Assembly (NCBI GenBank): GCA_951406725.2
Contig: OX597819.1
Span: forward strand, 121,272,001 to 121,336,000
Direction of reading: 5' to 3'
DNA length: 64,000 bases
DNA from: Octopus vulgaris
Taxonomy: Eukaryota
Shown: positions 38,411-51,973 of the stretch, piece after piece
Numbering within the stretch: position 1 is the stretch's first letter
How the letters are laid out: the number at the start of each line of letters is the position of its first letter
Position numbers and translations under genes: made by a program
Notes under the pieces: generated by a model
Told to the model about the DNA's origin: nothing
Seen by the model: only the letters and a program-made list of their open reading frames with translations
The model's database searches: none

Positions 38411-38904
38411 GACATTTACAAAACCATAACAACGGTATCCCATGGCAACAGGAACCATCATATGACAAGTATAACAACAATATCCACAACAGGGGTAATT
38501 ATAATCACAGGTGTTGTAAAAACAGTAACCCATAGCAATTGGAAACGTAACAACTGTAGCTATAGCAACAGTAATCTATGACAACGGTAGCTATAACAGC
38601 AGTGACCATGACACCTGTTGCCATAACAACAGTGTGTATAGCAACGTTAACAATAACAGGAAGCGTAGCAACAGTAATTATAACAGTAAACCATGACAAC
38701 AGTAACCATAGCAACAGCACGTATAACAAGAACGAGAGCAACAACAACAACCACAATAACAGCAGGTGTAACAGCAACAATGAAATTATGAAACAGTAGA
38801 AATGTTGCCATAGCAACCGTAGCCTGAACATTAACAGCAACAAAAACTACAACCACCGTTACTACCGCTACTACTACTACTACTATTACTACCACCACCA
38901 CCGT

Positions 38905-38951
<47 letters not shown>

Positions 38952-39559
38952 AGACTACTGCAGCTGCTGCTGCTACTACAGGATCTGCCAAAGATACAAT
39001 AGTAACAGGGACAGTGACAACCACCTCAACAACAAAGCTTACCACCACCACCACCACCACGACAAGCCAACAGGGTTTAATTGTAATTAAATACCGTGAG
39101 AGATAAGTTGCTGGGTTTTAGGACAAAAAAGAGGGCCTTATCGTGTAAACAATACAAGATAAAAAAAAACTCTAAGGTGGGAGTAGGAGTGGTGGAGGAG
39201 GAGGAGGAGGAGAAGGAGGAGATAAATGAAAGTATGTGAGTAGGAGGTAGATGTGGTAGGAGAGTCGGGGGTAGGAGGAGATTTAGAAGGAAGGAAGGTG
39301 GTGGCGTAATGTCGGAGATAGATTCCATGTACAAGATTGCGTGAGAAATATAATATAGTTAGGAGTGGCAGAGAGAGAGTAGAGGGGAGAGTGGTGGAAG
39401 GAGGAAGGGGTGAAGAAGAAGAAGTAGAAGGAAGGAAGGAGGGAGGGAAGGAAGGAAAGGACAGAAGGTGGAGGGCGGGCGGGTAGTTTGTTGCGGGGTG
39501 GAGGTTCTGGATGGGCGAAGAAATATCTTTGGAAATTTGAAAGATAAAGCAAAATAGAA

Positions 39560-39920
39560 AACGTGTGTTGGAGCTAAAACAAGAGAGGGTGCAGGAGGAG
39601 GTAGAAAAAGTGAAGGAGGTGCAGATAAAGGGAGGAGGAATGTTGTGGAGTAAGGGGGTGTAAGAGAACAACGTACAGGATGAAGGGAGAGGTGGTGAAA
39701 GTGAAAGAGTTGCAGATAAACGGTGGGAGAACGCAAGAGCATAAGGCAGAGGGGGAAGGGTGAGAAAGTAATAGTAAAGGAGGTGCAGATACAGATAAAG
39801 GGAAGAAGAAAGTTGTAGCGTGAGGAGTGTAACAGAACAAACGAGAGGGTGATAGGGAGGGAGTAAAAGTGAAGGAGACGCAGATAAAGGGAGGGGGAAA
39901 TGTGGTGTGAGAAATAGAAG
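39560..39920. repeat. Cryptic purine-rich minisatellite, about 4 units of ~90 bp
   Basis: GCAGATAAA/ACAGATAAA(GGG) and AGAACAA recur at regular spacing. Confidence 0.65.
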
Positions 39921-40234
39921 GGAACACGAGAGAGGATGGGGAGACGACGGAGGGAAAATATCTGTACAATGGCCGCCGTATCAATGTATTGGCAGTTATA
40001 AGGGCTCGCTAAGGTTTAGAGATTTTTAGACTTGTTTTTATATATTTTGTTATTGCCTTTTTAAATTTTTTTTTGTATGTGTTTTATTCTTTTAAGATAT
40101 CCTTAACTTCCCCAACCCCACCTCATCTAAACTCTTCGTTTCTATTATAGCCCGGCGTTTCCTTATCTCTCCTTTTTCCTCTCTCTTTCTAACATATATG
40201 TTTGTATGCGCACGTAATGTGTAATATATATGTG

Positions 40235-40300
<66 letters not shown>

Positions 40301-40347
40301 GTATATATGTACATTTGCATACATATACATATATATGGTTGCATATG

Positions 40348-40401
<54 letters not shown>

Positions 40402-40548
40402 TATACCTTCGGTTCTCTGTCTATGTCTCTTCCCTTCTCTCCCTTTCAGTATCCTTCCTTCTCTTCTTACTCTATCTTTCACTGAACTGAATGTGCGAGC
40501 CCTTTCTATGGTCCCCTCTGTCATTCACTTACTGTCCTTCTTTCTCTG

Positions 40549-40601
<53 letters not shown>

Positions 40602-41113
40602 CTCTAATTCTCGACAGATTTTAGAAACTCTGAAAAATAAGGCGAAGTCACGAAAGAAACAATGTATAGGCATAGAAGAAAATATATACACAAATAAATA
40701 AATAAATAAATAAATACAAAAACAAACCAATGAATGAATGCCGGAAAGAAAGAAAACAAGAAAGAAAGACGAAGAAAATAAGAAAAAAAACAAACAAAAA
40801 GGAAGAGAGAATGGTTGTTGAATCTAAAGAAAGTACGAGAGGACGCGTTGATGAAAGCGTGAAATGAAAGAGATAATAATTTTAAAATGGAGGAACAGAT
40901 AAACGTTAAAGAAATGTAATCGACAATGATTATATAACAAACTATACAGCGAAGGAATGGATTAAGTCCATAGAAGAATATGTGTGCGTGTACGCGTATA
41001 TGTGTGTGTATGTGTGTGTGTGTGTGTGGATACACGTATATATATATGTATCATCATCATCATCATATGTAAGTATATATATATAGACATATATATATAG
41101 ACATATATATATA

Positions 41114-41159
<46 letters not shown>

Positions 41160-41401
41160 TATTTATATATATATATATATTTATTCATATATTTATTGAA
41201 ATATATGTGCGTGTTTAAACATATATTTATTTATACATACATATATTCACATCTATGTATACATACATGTATGCGTATATACATATTTATACATGTGTGT
41301 GTGTGAGTGTGTGTGTTTGTATATATAAAGTCCATCGCACAAATGTGTTTCTGTGTGTATTTGCGTGTGTGTGCATATGTTTGTGTGTGTGTGCGTGCGT
41401 G

Positions 41402-41443
<42 letters not shown>

Positions 41444-41613
41444 CGCGAAACTTGCAGTGATGCAATTCTCAGTCAAGCTGTTGATGTAAACACGATACAA
41501 ATTCTACAAAATGCGTTGATGGCTCTTTTCGGTTGTAAATACATCTCTCCTCCACTCTGTCTACCTCTCTTTCTACCTCTCTGCTTGCATATATATATAT
41601 ATATATATATATA

Positions 41614-41832
41614 CTGTGTAACCCCTCTGTTCGGCATTCGCCATGATCGATCGCTAGCCACTAAACCTTTTCTATTTTCTCTCTCTCTCTGTTTATTTCT
41701 GTGTTCCTTTCTGTCGAAGAGCGTAGGCTCGAAACGTGAAAGACTTTCTCACTTCCCGAGCGTTAAACTAATACATCTGTTTATTATTTACTCACTTGTT
41801 TTCGTGTTTTTTTTTTGTAAATTCTCACTATA
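41614..41832 (+). mobile_element. TA-flanked dispersed repeat with degenerate hammerhead-like core
   Basis: CTTTCTGTCGAA-GAGC(GTAG)GCTC-GAAACGTGAAAG at about 41707-41743. An internally deleted reverse copy lies at about 57175-57273. Confidence 0.6.
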
Positions 41833-41889
41833 TATATATATGTATATATATATAGAGAGAGATACTATATCCTTCTCATTTTTGGTCTA

Positions 41890-42045
41890 CTCTTAGGTTT
41901 TTCCGCCGGTTAGCACGGCTCAAGAATCCATCTTGCAGTTCTTTCCTGTGTCATTTTAATCACGTGTTCATATTACTAGAATTGTGACGCCTCAATGCTG
42001 CACATTGGAGGGTTCCCATTTCGGATGCATGTATTCGTAATTACA
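41890..42045 (-). mobile_element. RTE LINE fragment (old)
   Basis: AAGAATCCATCTTGCAGTTCTTTCCTGTGTCATTTTAATCAC is similar to 17340-17385. Confidence 0.55.
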
Positions 42046-42059
42046 CTCTCTCGGTGAAG

Positions 42060-42390
42060 ACGCATACCTCAATAGTTAGAGCGTCGGGCTCACAATCATG
42101 AAGTAGTGAGTTCGATTCCCGAACCGAGCTGTGTGTTGTGTTCTTGAGCAAGACACATTTCACACTGCTCCAGTTCACTCAGCTGTAGAAATGAATTGCG
42201 ATGTCCCGATGTGACCGAATTGTATCGCCTTTGCCTTTTCCTTGGATAACAAAGGTGCCGTGGAGAGGGTAAGCTGGTATACATAGCCGACTGCTGATCT
42301 TCCTTAAACAACCTTACCCGGACTTGTGCCTGGAAGAGAACTTTCTAGGTGCAATCTCATGGTCATTCATGACTGAAGGGGGTCTTTACT
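42060..42390 (+). mobile_element. SINE family A
   Basis: Collinear with 1417-1752. Confidence 0.88.
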
Positions 42391-42479
42391 CATTTTACTC
42401 TTTCTGTGATTATCCAACATTCTTGACCATATATGAAGACAAGCCCGAAGACCACAATAAACATTTTTTTAATGAGTTG

Positions 42480-42765
42480 ACCCCTAAACTGTAAAATCAC
42501 AGCATCGATGATTACATCCACATGATATCACTTACCACATTGCAATTCAGCCGTGTTATTTCCTAAGATAATAATTTCCATTCTGTACTGGAATATTCTT
42601 CACCATTCCCAGAACCACCAATCTCTTCTTTGACATATTTGTATCTATCGATTCCATCAATCTTCACTTCCGTTCACTATACACCAACATACTCATTTCC
42701 ATCTCAATTCCCCTCCGCCACCTCCCACATACACACCTCATATTCCATGCAAATTATACCGAATC
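42480..42765 (+). mobile_element. Penelope-like RT thumb-region fragment
   Basis: LFFDIFVSI.../TSVHYTPT.S.....S...H resembles the PLE motif FLD......TSVHYKPT....YL...S.H. Confidence 0.5.
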
Positions 42766-43084
42766 TGTCGTCTTTTTCTCTTATTTATTTATTTGTTTGT
42801 TTGTTTGTTTTTTTATCTTTTAGCAGTTTTGCGGAATCCGCCATTCTCGCAACGAAGTTTCCGACTTTGACACTGTGTCTGATCAAATACTCTGCTTTCA
42901 TTTTCATTCGCACGTGATTACCCATTACCGGTGTTGGCGACTGTCCTCCATCGAACTCACACCATCGGCCAAACGTTCGCACTTCTACCACACACACAAA
43001 CGTGTACACGAGCAGAGAAAGAGAGAGAAAGAGTGTGTGTGTGTGAGTGAGTGATAGATTGATAGATAGATAGACAGACAGACT

Positions 43085-43175
<91 letters not shown>

Positions 43176-43392
43176 CGCAATGCTCAATTTGGAACCAGAA
43201 AAGTGGACAGAAGCCTGTCCTATAATACTTATCAATAAAAATAGATCGATGAATATTGGTTGATGACAAAATCTTTAATAGTAGTGCCCCAGCTTGACCA
43301 CAGTCCGGGAGGTTAATCCAGTAAAACTCACTGGAAATCCTAAAACTTACAAAACTCAATGCCTGGCAGAATTGCAAACCAAGTACTGAACA

Positions 43393-43748
43393 ACCATCCA
43401 TCCATTTTCTCCGTCCACTATTCCTGGAAAGATCGTTGGGTAGGACTCTCAGGCATCTCCTTAATAAGATTCCATAAGAAGCAACGTTTGGAAATCCTGG
43501 AGGATTCCTAAATACGACCAACTAAAACTATGTGGATGTCATCTAATCATCTCATTCTTAGTATATCATTTAGTGTCCTGCCAGTCGGCTCGGTGTGAAG
43601 AGTCCGTCTTACGATTCTTTCCTGTGCCATTCTAATACCGGACCTGTGACCCCTCAAATATGTAGAAAGTGGCAGCTCAGTCTGGAGAGATGTCCTGGTC
43701 CCCTAGGTACGCACCCTGTTGCGTAACATTACTCCAGTAATCCTTCGT
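43393..43748 (-). mobile_element. RTE LINE 3' end with (GGAT)n tail
   Basis: Collinear with 17150-17502; CCATCCATCCATTTTCTCC marks the tail. Confidence 0.7.
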
Positions 43749-44063
43749 GAATGTGATAGTTACAAGCCTTCATTGTATAAAATAATTTTGAACATCAATT
43801 CGTCGAATTTATTCAGGTTTTAAGGCGGGCTTTAATCTTTAATCCGTCGTTGGAAATACAAAATATTACGTAGGGGTCTTGTAACGATGAGAATGACCAC
43901 ACTAGTATTGTCGTATATTTTCGTATATAGATGTCCATATTTATCTTTACTCTTCGGATCATTTGGATTTACATATGTATAATAGTTACTTGAATACATC
44001 ATACAGCAGATTGTGAATGTGATAGTTACAAGCCTTCATTGTATAAAATAATTTTGAACATCA
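43747..44063. repeat. Circularly permuted fragment of the 48.4 kb LTR-like element with ~50-bp terminal direct repeats
   Basis: GTGAATGTGATAGTTACAAGCCTTCATTGTATAAAATAATTTTGAACATCA occurs at both ends, and the body is near-identical to 48405-48662. Confidence 0.9.
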
Positions 44064-44552
44064 AGAATCTAAACACATAATTACACGCCCCAACGTCTAG
44101 AAGCAAAAGAGGAAAAATCTCGTTATGATTGCTAGCAATAACAGTGAAATCACCCTCAAGTCGTACCTTTCCATCTTAAGACGGAAGGAAATATTAGATA
44201 ACGTGTTCCAAGACGTACTATCTTTTAAAATTATTTAGTATAACTATAGATGGAATATTTTTGATCATAGGTCTGCTTGATCAGGTCTATCTCGGGGTTA
44301 AACAACAGCTAAAAATACTACAAGTGTTATGCGTGAGTCGATGGGAAAACAGCTATGCGGTTGCTAGATATGCTAGAAATAGTAGCCAAATCACTGTTAT
44401 GTCATATCCAGCCAACACTTAGAATGTGATACGTCGAGTGATATAATACTTAACACATTTTAAAAGAGTGGATAATTGATCATAGCTGGATGGACTATAC
44501 TAGATCAATGGCCTGGTATATCAGCATTGACCCAGGGCTAAAACAGTGAAAT

Positions 44553-44613
<61 letters not shown>

Positions 44614-44656
44614 ACTACCACTACTACCACTACTACCACTACTACCACTACTGCCG

Positions 44657-44702
<46 letters not shown>

Positions 44703-44896
44703 AACCGCTGCTACTGCTGCTACTACTGCCACTACTACTACTACTACTACTTCAACCGCTGCTACTGCTGCTACTACTGCCACTACTACTACTACTACTT
44801 CTAACGCTGCTGCTGCTACTAGTAATACTAATACTACTTCAACCGCTGCCGCTACTACTACTACTACTTCTACCGCTGCCGCTGCTGCTGCTGCTG

Positions 44897-44965
<69 letters not shown>

Positions 44966-45000
44966 ATGCTACTACTACTGCTGCTACCAATACTACTAAT
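44553..45000. repeat. (CTA/CTG)n microsatellite
   Basis: Direct reading. Confidence 0.97.
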
Positions 45001-45403
45001 ACAGTTGCTAAAATTCTTACAAATTTCACTAATACTAAAAACTGCTGCTGTTTCTACGAGCAGTGCCTCTACCAAGTCTCGGGATCTGAAAGCTGGAATA
45101 AATCATCACAATTCTAAAGTCTAAGAAAAAGAAATCAAGCTGATATCACATCCCACGTGACACATCGTGATTCTTCACATCATTCCGACATTCTCAAGAC
45201 ACAGCTGCACAATTATTCCATTGTTATTGCACCAACAAATCATAGAAAGATGGCTCCAGACGATAGGCACTAAAAGTGTCTCAACCATCAATGCTATAAT
45301 CACTTATTCCTAAGACATACGTTACAAGAATAGGAATAAACATAGATTGTATAACCAGGAGACATACCCATAGCTATGTGCAATTCTATACATATCTGTA
45401 TAC

Positions 45404-45440
<37 letters not shown>

Positions 45441-45447
45441 GCTTGTG

Positions 45448-45525
45448 AGACAGACAGAGAGAGAGAGACAAATGAATATTAATTCATATTTGTGCGTATC
45501 TATGTGTATATGTGTATATACATAT

Positions 45526-45590
<65 letters not shown>

Positions 45591-45716
45591 TAGATAGATA
45601 GATAGATAGAAAAATAGATAGATAGATAAATAGATATATGTATATACACATATACACGTATATACACACAAATATGAATTAATATTCATCTCTATCTCTG
45701 TTTCTGTCTGTCTGTC
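45448..45716. repeat. Inverted repeat (~80-bp arms) around (TA)n(GATA)n
   Basis: ATGAATATTAATTCATATTTGTG versus CACAAATATGAATTAATATTCAT. Confidence 0.85.
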
Positions 45717-45745
45717 TTTCTTCCCCCTCTCTTTGTCTCTCTCCC

Positions 45746-45799
<54 letters not shown>

Positions 45800-46567
45800 T
45801 ATCTATAAATATACGCGAAATGTAAGATGATAGACAGACACACAGATAGGCAGGCAAGCAGACAGACTGGCAGATAGACAGACAGACAGACCGATTCATA
45901 GACAGATATTAGGCACACTCACATATATACGTAGAAATGAGAAATACTTTCACAGTGTTAGTAAAAGAGGAGATATATTTATGTAGTAAAAGGCAGGATA
46001 TCAGAATGTTAGCAGAGCTTTCTGTTGGCATCTAAGGCTTTTATCAAACAAATCACTGATTGAACAGGTTTTGAGGATCAGTTGAAATGAAAGGATGGTT
46101 TTTCGTCATCTTTATTTCGTTTCTTAGAATTCTGTATATTGCTTATCTCTTCAGGTTCTACAGCATCTGATTTTTATCGCAATCTACACACAGACTCTGA
46201 GATTTACTTTGAAATTAAACCCTTTGTGTTATACGACCTCTCATAGATATATGGGTGTGTGCGTATGTACATATATGTATATATGTATCTATACATGTAT
46301 ATGCATATATATATGTGTGTGTGTGTGTATGTACGTGTATATATAAATAGGTATACACACGTGTTTATGCATATATATATATGCATATATATATACTTAC
46401 TTATAGCATACACGCCCACAAACACACATATGCATGTATATATATTACATAGAATGTTAATATATAGAATAGACAGCTCATCTGTATACACAAAGCCAAT
46501 ACGAAGAGTGTCTTATTGTTCATGAGAGGCACACGTGCACATATTGACGAATAGACATCAGTGTGTG

Positions 46568-46658
<91 letters not shown>

Positions 46659-46794
46659 GAGTGCTCTCTGTCCAACACGCTACTTGAACAAAAACAGAAC
46701 AGAATGGAAACTCAAACACACTGAACGGCAGTGCTCCAGCATGGCTCCACACATTGGCTGAAACCACTTGTAATGTAAAAGAATATCAAGTATG

Positions 46795-46929
46795 GCTTGC
46801 TTCATAACCACATGGTTTCGGGTTCGGTCCCGCTGTGTGGAAACTTCTGCAAATGTCTGCTACTATAGACACGAGCCGACCAAAGACTTGTGAGTGGACT
46901 TGGTACACAGAAACTGAAAAAAGCCCGTC

Positions 46930-46935
<6 letters not shown>
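46795..46935 (+). mobile_element. SINE family C, 5' half
   Basis: AACCACATGGTTTCGGGTTCGGTCCC...GAAACTGAAAAAAGCCCGTCG. Confidence 0.8.
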
Positions 46936-46963
<28 letters not shown>

Positions 46964-47235
46964 GCAGTGCAGACAAAAAGAGCGCAGGTTTTTGTCGGCA
47001 TTGTTTTTATATGAATAATATATAGTATATTGATTAGTTTTCTACATAATAGGCCACTGGTAGTAAAAAATTTCTATCCTGATATTTATTTATTAATAAT
47101 TTTTTGAGGGAAGTCGGCGTTATTTTTATTTGCTGCCGAGAGAATACTGCGCTTGCGCGGTGGATTTGAAAAATTATAATATGTAAGCACGAAGCATGAA
47201 CTGTATTGCCTCGTATTTATATGTTAATCTTGGCG

Positions 47236-47308
47236 CTCCTGCTGATGAGAACTTCGCCTGGCAAATTACTTTATTTGCTAAACAGATTTTGAAACGATGT
47301 TTCAGGAG
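47236..47308 (+). ncRNA. Type I hammerhead-like motif
   Basis: CTCCTG-CTGATGA-GAA..TGGCAAAT(TACTTT)ATTTGCTA..TTTT-GAAA-CGATGTTT-CAGGAG. Stem I is a perfect 6 bp; stem III is imperfect. Confidence 0.6.
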
Positions 47309-47825
47309 GAAGATGGTAAATGTTTATATTTTTCATTCCATTCGAAATTACCCGTAATTGTGGTTTGGATTTTGACTACTACTTGAAGCGTGTTATATAC
47401 ATATACATGCATAACATATATACACTCATACATACATATATACACATGCCGCATCTTTTATGTCTATGTGATTAGAAATGTTATGGTTATATACGAACCT
47501 ATCTAGAATATGTGTTCATACGCGTCTTGGAGAGTCTAAAAATATTCTGAAAGTTTGGTCAACACGCAGTATTTTAAAGAAATGCGAAAATTATTTTCGT
47601 GCTAATTAGCGGATGATGCTATTTGAAAACGATGTTTAATTTCAAGCATTTGATTGAGTGAAAATGTAAGCGGAATGGGTTGAACTGAGTGAAGGTGAGA
47701 GGAGAAGTGGGTGCTTGAGGAAATTATGAATAAACGAAAGAATGAAATGATGGGAATTGATTAATTATAGAAAATGACAGTAATTGAACTTGTTAGAAGA
47801 AAGGTCCATAAGTTGCATATCGATA

Positions 47826-48105
47826 GGAGTGGCTGTGTGGTAAGTAGCTTGCTTACGAACCACATAGTTCCGGCCGTGGCACCTTGGGCAAGTGTCTTCT
47901 ACTATAGCCTCGAGCTGACCAAAGCCTTGTGAGTGGATTTGGTAGACGGAAACTGAAAGAAGCCCGTTGTATATATGTACGTTCTGATGTTTGCTAAATT
48001 TTTCTTGAGAACATTTCTTAGTGGTAAGACCATATCGGATCTACTTCTAGCATAAGGGTTGTCCACATAGTGGTCATCCCTCTCATTTGTATTTATATAT
48101 ATGTG

Positions 48106-48159
<54 letters not shown>

Positions 48160-48355
48160 TGTGTTTGTCCCCCCAACATCGCTTGACAACCGATGCTGGT
48201 GTGTTTACGTCCTGGTAACTTAGCGGTTCGGCAAAAGAGATCGATAGAATAAGTACTAGGCTTACAAAGAATAAGTCCTGGGGTCGATTTGTTCGACTAA
48301 AGGCGGTGCTCCAGCATGGCTACAGTCAAATGACTGAAACAGGTTAAAAAAAAGA
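47826..48355 (+). mobile_element. SINE family C with a ~105-bp unique insert in its internal microsatellite
   Basis: Collinear with the other copies except for about 47981-48087. Confidence 0.9.
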
Positions 48356-48376
48356 GAGTAAAGAGTGATATGGCGA

Positions 48377-48937
48377 TGTAGCTTAGTTCTCAGTCCTTTA
48401 TTGTATTCGTCGAATTTATTCAGGTTTTAAGGCGGGCTTTAATCTTTAATCCGTCGTTGGAAATACAAAATACTAGGCAGGGGTCTTGTAACGGTGAGAA
48501 TGACCACACTAGTTTTGTCGTATATTTTCGTATATAGGTGTCCATATTTATTTTTACTCTTCGGATCATTTGGATTTACATATGTACAATAGTTACTTGA
48601 ATACATCATACAACAGATTGTGAATGTGATAGTTACAAGCCTTCATTGTATAAAATAATTTTTCTTAAAAAAATTGTTCATGGCTGTTATTAAAGACAGA
48701 AAAAGTAGAAAAATGTGAGAAAAACCTTATCACAAAACTGACCAACCGAGGTTTATATAGCACTTGAGTTTGTTTTGCCTGGAAACTCATAATCCATGCT
48801 TTTATAACATTATACGGAATTTCTAGAAAACTTGACCGTAAATATTTCAGTTCACTTCGTTACACAAAGTTGATCTGATTGGTTAGTCTTATTAGCTTCG
48901 GCGATAATGCCTCTTAAGGCGACACAGTTATTTCCAC
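48377..48937 (-). mobile_element. Probable solo LTR-like element
   Basis: TGT...ACA ends (the right boundary is uncertain). Minus-strand CCAAT (~48878), TATATAAA (~48752) and AATAAA about 20 nt from the end. A partial copy lies at 43.8 kb. Confidence 0.5.
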
Positions 48938-48939
48938 AA

Positions 48940-50940
48940 ACTGGCCTTGCCTTTCATGACAAAGTGGTATGCCGTCATCTTGAGCGGAGAAACCGGAACG
49001 CCGCCGATTATAAAAGTTAAGTCAAGTCTTGTTGTTTGTAATGTTTTAGCAAATAATTTGCCTCATGCACAATAATATATTATTAGTATTCAGACTATTT
49101 TCATCTTGAACCAAAATAGCAAATTTCTTCCCTAAGTGAAGCTGGCATCTGTGGTTGGTTCCTGCGTTCCGTCGTCTATCGGTGGGTGCGCAATCAAGAC
49201 TGGTTTACGATATTTTAAACCTATTATTACTGTTTTAGTGAAGTCACTATATGTAGTTGGATAAGCTGATAGAAGATTACCTAATCAAATTGATTAATCA
49301 ATATCGACACCAATAGTACTTTGTCTTAAAGCTGTCTCTTATAAATCCGATGTTATATAATTTTGGCTTGAATTTATCGTTCAATGGAATTTGATACAGT
49401 ATACCAGCGCATAAGTGAAACAGTATCCGTTAAAAAGTTGGAAAGCTTCCTACAATCCATGCTTTGGGCAGATAAGGTGGTGTTACTACTGTTTAGAGGT
49501 TTTACATTTAATGCGCTGACCATATTTGCAATGTTCTTACACGCAATTCTTACACACAACAAAAGCAGGAAGTTTAGTAGCCTATTGAAGATTCTAAGTT
49601 ACCTATGGGTTCTTGGGAACTCTAAGTAAATGAAATCCAGGAATCTCATTAATATATGTACATTTATATCCAAGTTAAATGGTAGGTTATACCATGCTAT
49701 ATTTCATGGTCTGCATTTGCAGTCAAGAAGGTTTAACACATCTGTATACTTCAGTCTTGCTGAATGCCTTCTTGTTTCAAATGTCTCGTTGTAATAATTC
49801 GAATTGTTAAATTCTGTTTCATAGGAGGATAATGACGAAATTCGTGTACTGATCGCGAGGATCGTACCTCAAAAAATATTTGGCGAATGACTGGAATTCT
49901 CATAGGAATGGAATCATTTTCCAATTGTTTGTATCATACACGAAAAATTTAGCGCCTTTGAAATACTTCAATCGCCCAAATTGACGGATAATTTTAGATC
50001 ACTTCTAAAAAGCTAACTCTGAAAGATTACTATCTATTTTTAGGCCTAAGTACCAGAAGAACTTTCCTAACTTTGCCCATAAAATAGCCTTTCGTGTTTC
50101 TTTAAGGGAAGGTGCCATCATCTCAATATATGCCCTCTAAAATTTTCGGAGACCGTTTGTACATTTCATCATGAATATATAAAACAAAAGTTTTGCATGT
50201 TTCAGCTTTGTCATAAGAAACCATTAAACAGTTCTTCATCTAATTCTGTTATCAATGTAACATTTTCAAGAATAGCAGCGATATCATTGAGTGTAGAATG
50301 AAGCTTCCATCCGAATCAATAATAGGTGACATTTTACAAGAAAAATCCAGTGCCTTAGTCGCATTTCTTTCGTAATCCTTCTCATTTTATTTTGACTTGA
50401 CTTGACTTGAGACAGCATTCACCCGGGGTGGGTTGAGCTGGCTTCATTCATCCTCAATGCTGCATCTCTCACAAACGCCGACCAGGACTGGCGATTTGAG
50501 GCTAATGACCGCGTGATTTCCAACCACTCCTTATTCCAGGGGCGAACGCCGTAGAGATGGGAGCCTAGGTTGGGTTCCAGATCAGCCTTGACTGTCATCA
50601 GCCAGGTTTTACGTTGTCCACCACATCGCTTTCGCCAACCCTGAAGGTTTTGAGCAAAATGGTGTCTAAGTCCCAGGAAAATTATTGTTAACCAAACTTA
50701 ACAGAAAGTTCGAAAAGACTCTTATCCATTTACCTTAGATAGTAGCTGTTCCCTGAGCACTTCCCTATATATTCTGAATATCGGATCACATTTACCGGAC
50801 CTCATATCTAGTTTGAAGATCTGTAACGTTATAGTCTAATAACCAGATGTTACGCACGAGATTTTGCACTCATAAATAATATTCTGTTTTCCATTTCGAA
50901 TACCCTCTTACCCCTTTTGTCTCGCTGGGAAGAATAAAGC
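48940..50940 (-). pseudogene. Penelope-like element (Naiad-type motif pattern), RT plus GIY-YIG, heavily decayed
   Basis: MVSYDKAETCKTFVLYI (cf. MGSYDGAE.CELVGL); GIY*DDG (cf. GLYRDDG); ISSLSSYETEFN; NIAWYNLPFN...EFPRTHR*LRIFNR...KNIANMVSALN; HRCQLHLGKKFAIL...SLN. A degenerate hammerhead remnant lies at about 48944-48985. Confidence 0.82.
50390..50662 (-). mobile_element. RTE-clade LINE 3' end with (CAAGT)n tail, nested in the PLE
   Basis: GWRKRCGGQRKTWLMTVKADLEPNLGSHLYGVRPWNKEWLEITRSLASNRQSWSAFVRD...*, then CAAGTCAAGTCAAGTC. Confidence 0.85.
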
Positions 50941-51133
50941 TAAAATTCAAAGAGAAATTCGAAGGTTCGCTTTTGTCCAATGGTAGAACATCTGTCATGT
51001 TTGTCATGATGTGCATCATAATGTTTGTTATTATCTACTTTGAGTTCAAACCTAAAAAGAGCGCTATATACATACATACATGCATACAAGCATACATACA
51101 TTAATATATACACACACACACACAAACACACAA

Positions 51134-51164
<31 letters not shown>

Positions 51165-51213
51165 ATACATATATATATGTAAACATATATACATCCATAT
51201 ATATGCATATATA

Positions 51214-51285
<72 letters not shown>

Positions 51286-51318
51286 CTCAAAATAAGGAAC
51301 AAGAATATCTTCGGTAAT

Positions 51319-51404
51319 TTGGTACGATCGTTTCACGCTACATCGTTTTATTAAACATTGTAAGTATTACAACAGTTTTAAAATGTTGAGCAACCATCAG
51401 CCAT
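51319..51404 (-). ncRNA. Type I hammerhead motif, same family as 7049-7136
   Basis: TGG-CTGATGG-TTGCT...AGCGT-GAAA-CGATCG-TA-CCA, with palindromic stem III ACGATCGT and A9>G. Confidence 0.68.
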
Positions 51405-51509
51405 TTATAGAGGTTTTCCATTAATACATATTTATATGGATAACACCATACAAAATTCTGGTGCATCTAACTTAAGTACCATATTCATTTGAATCTTAAT
51501 TTTGCTGAA

Positions 51510-51578
<69 letters not shown>

Positions 51579-51893
51579 CAAAATTAGACAAGAAATCAAA
51601 ACATCCGGACAGTTAGGTGATACAAAAATGGGACAACAAAACATCCAGATAGACGATACAAAGAAAACAAGGACGGGTCATTCGAAGTTTTCTTTCGTCA
51701 GTTGAGTACCAGATTATCTTTGCAATATCGGCTGATTGTACTTGAGATTGCTCCAATATGGCCAGGAAGAACTAACCTAAGAGCATTATATTCCTTGGAA
51801 GAATGCAGCGAATGTGTATAAAAACAAGGACGGAAAAAATGGACAATACATATATATACATATATACATTTATATATATGTGATAGAAAGACC

Positions 51894-51973
<80 letters not shown>

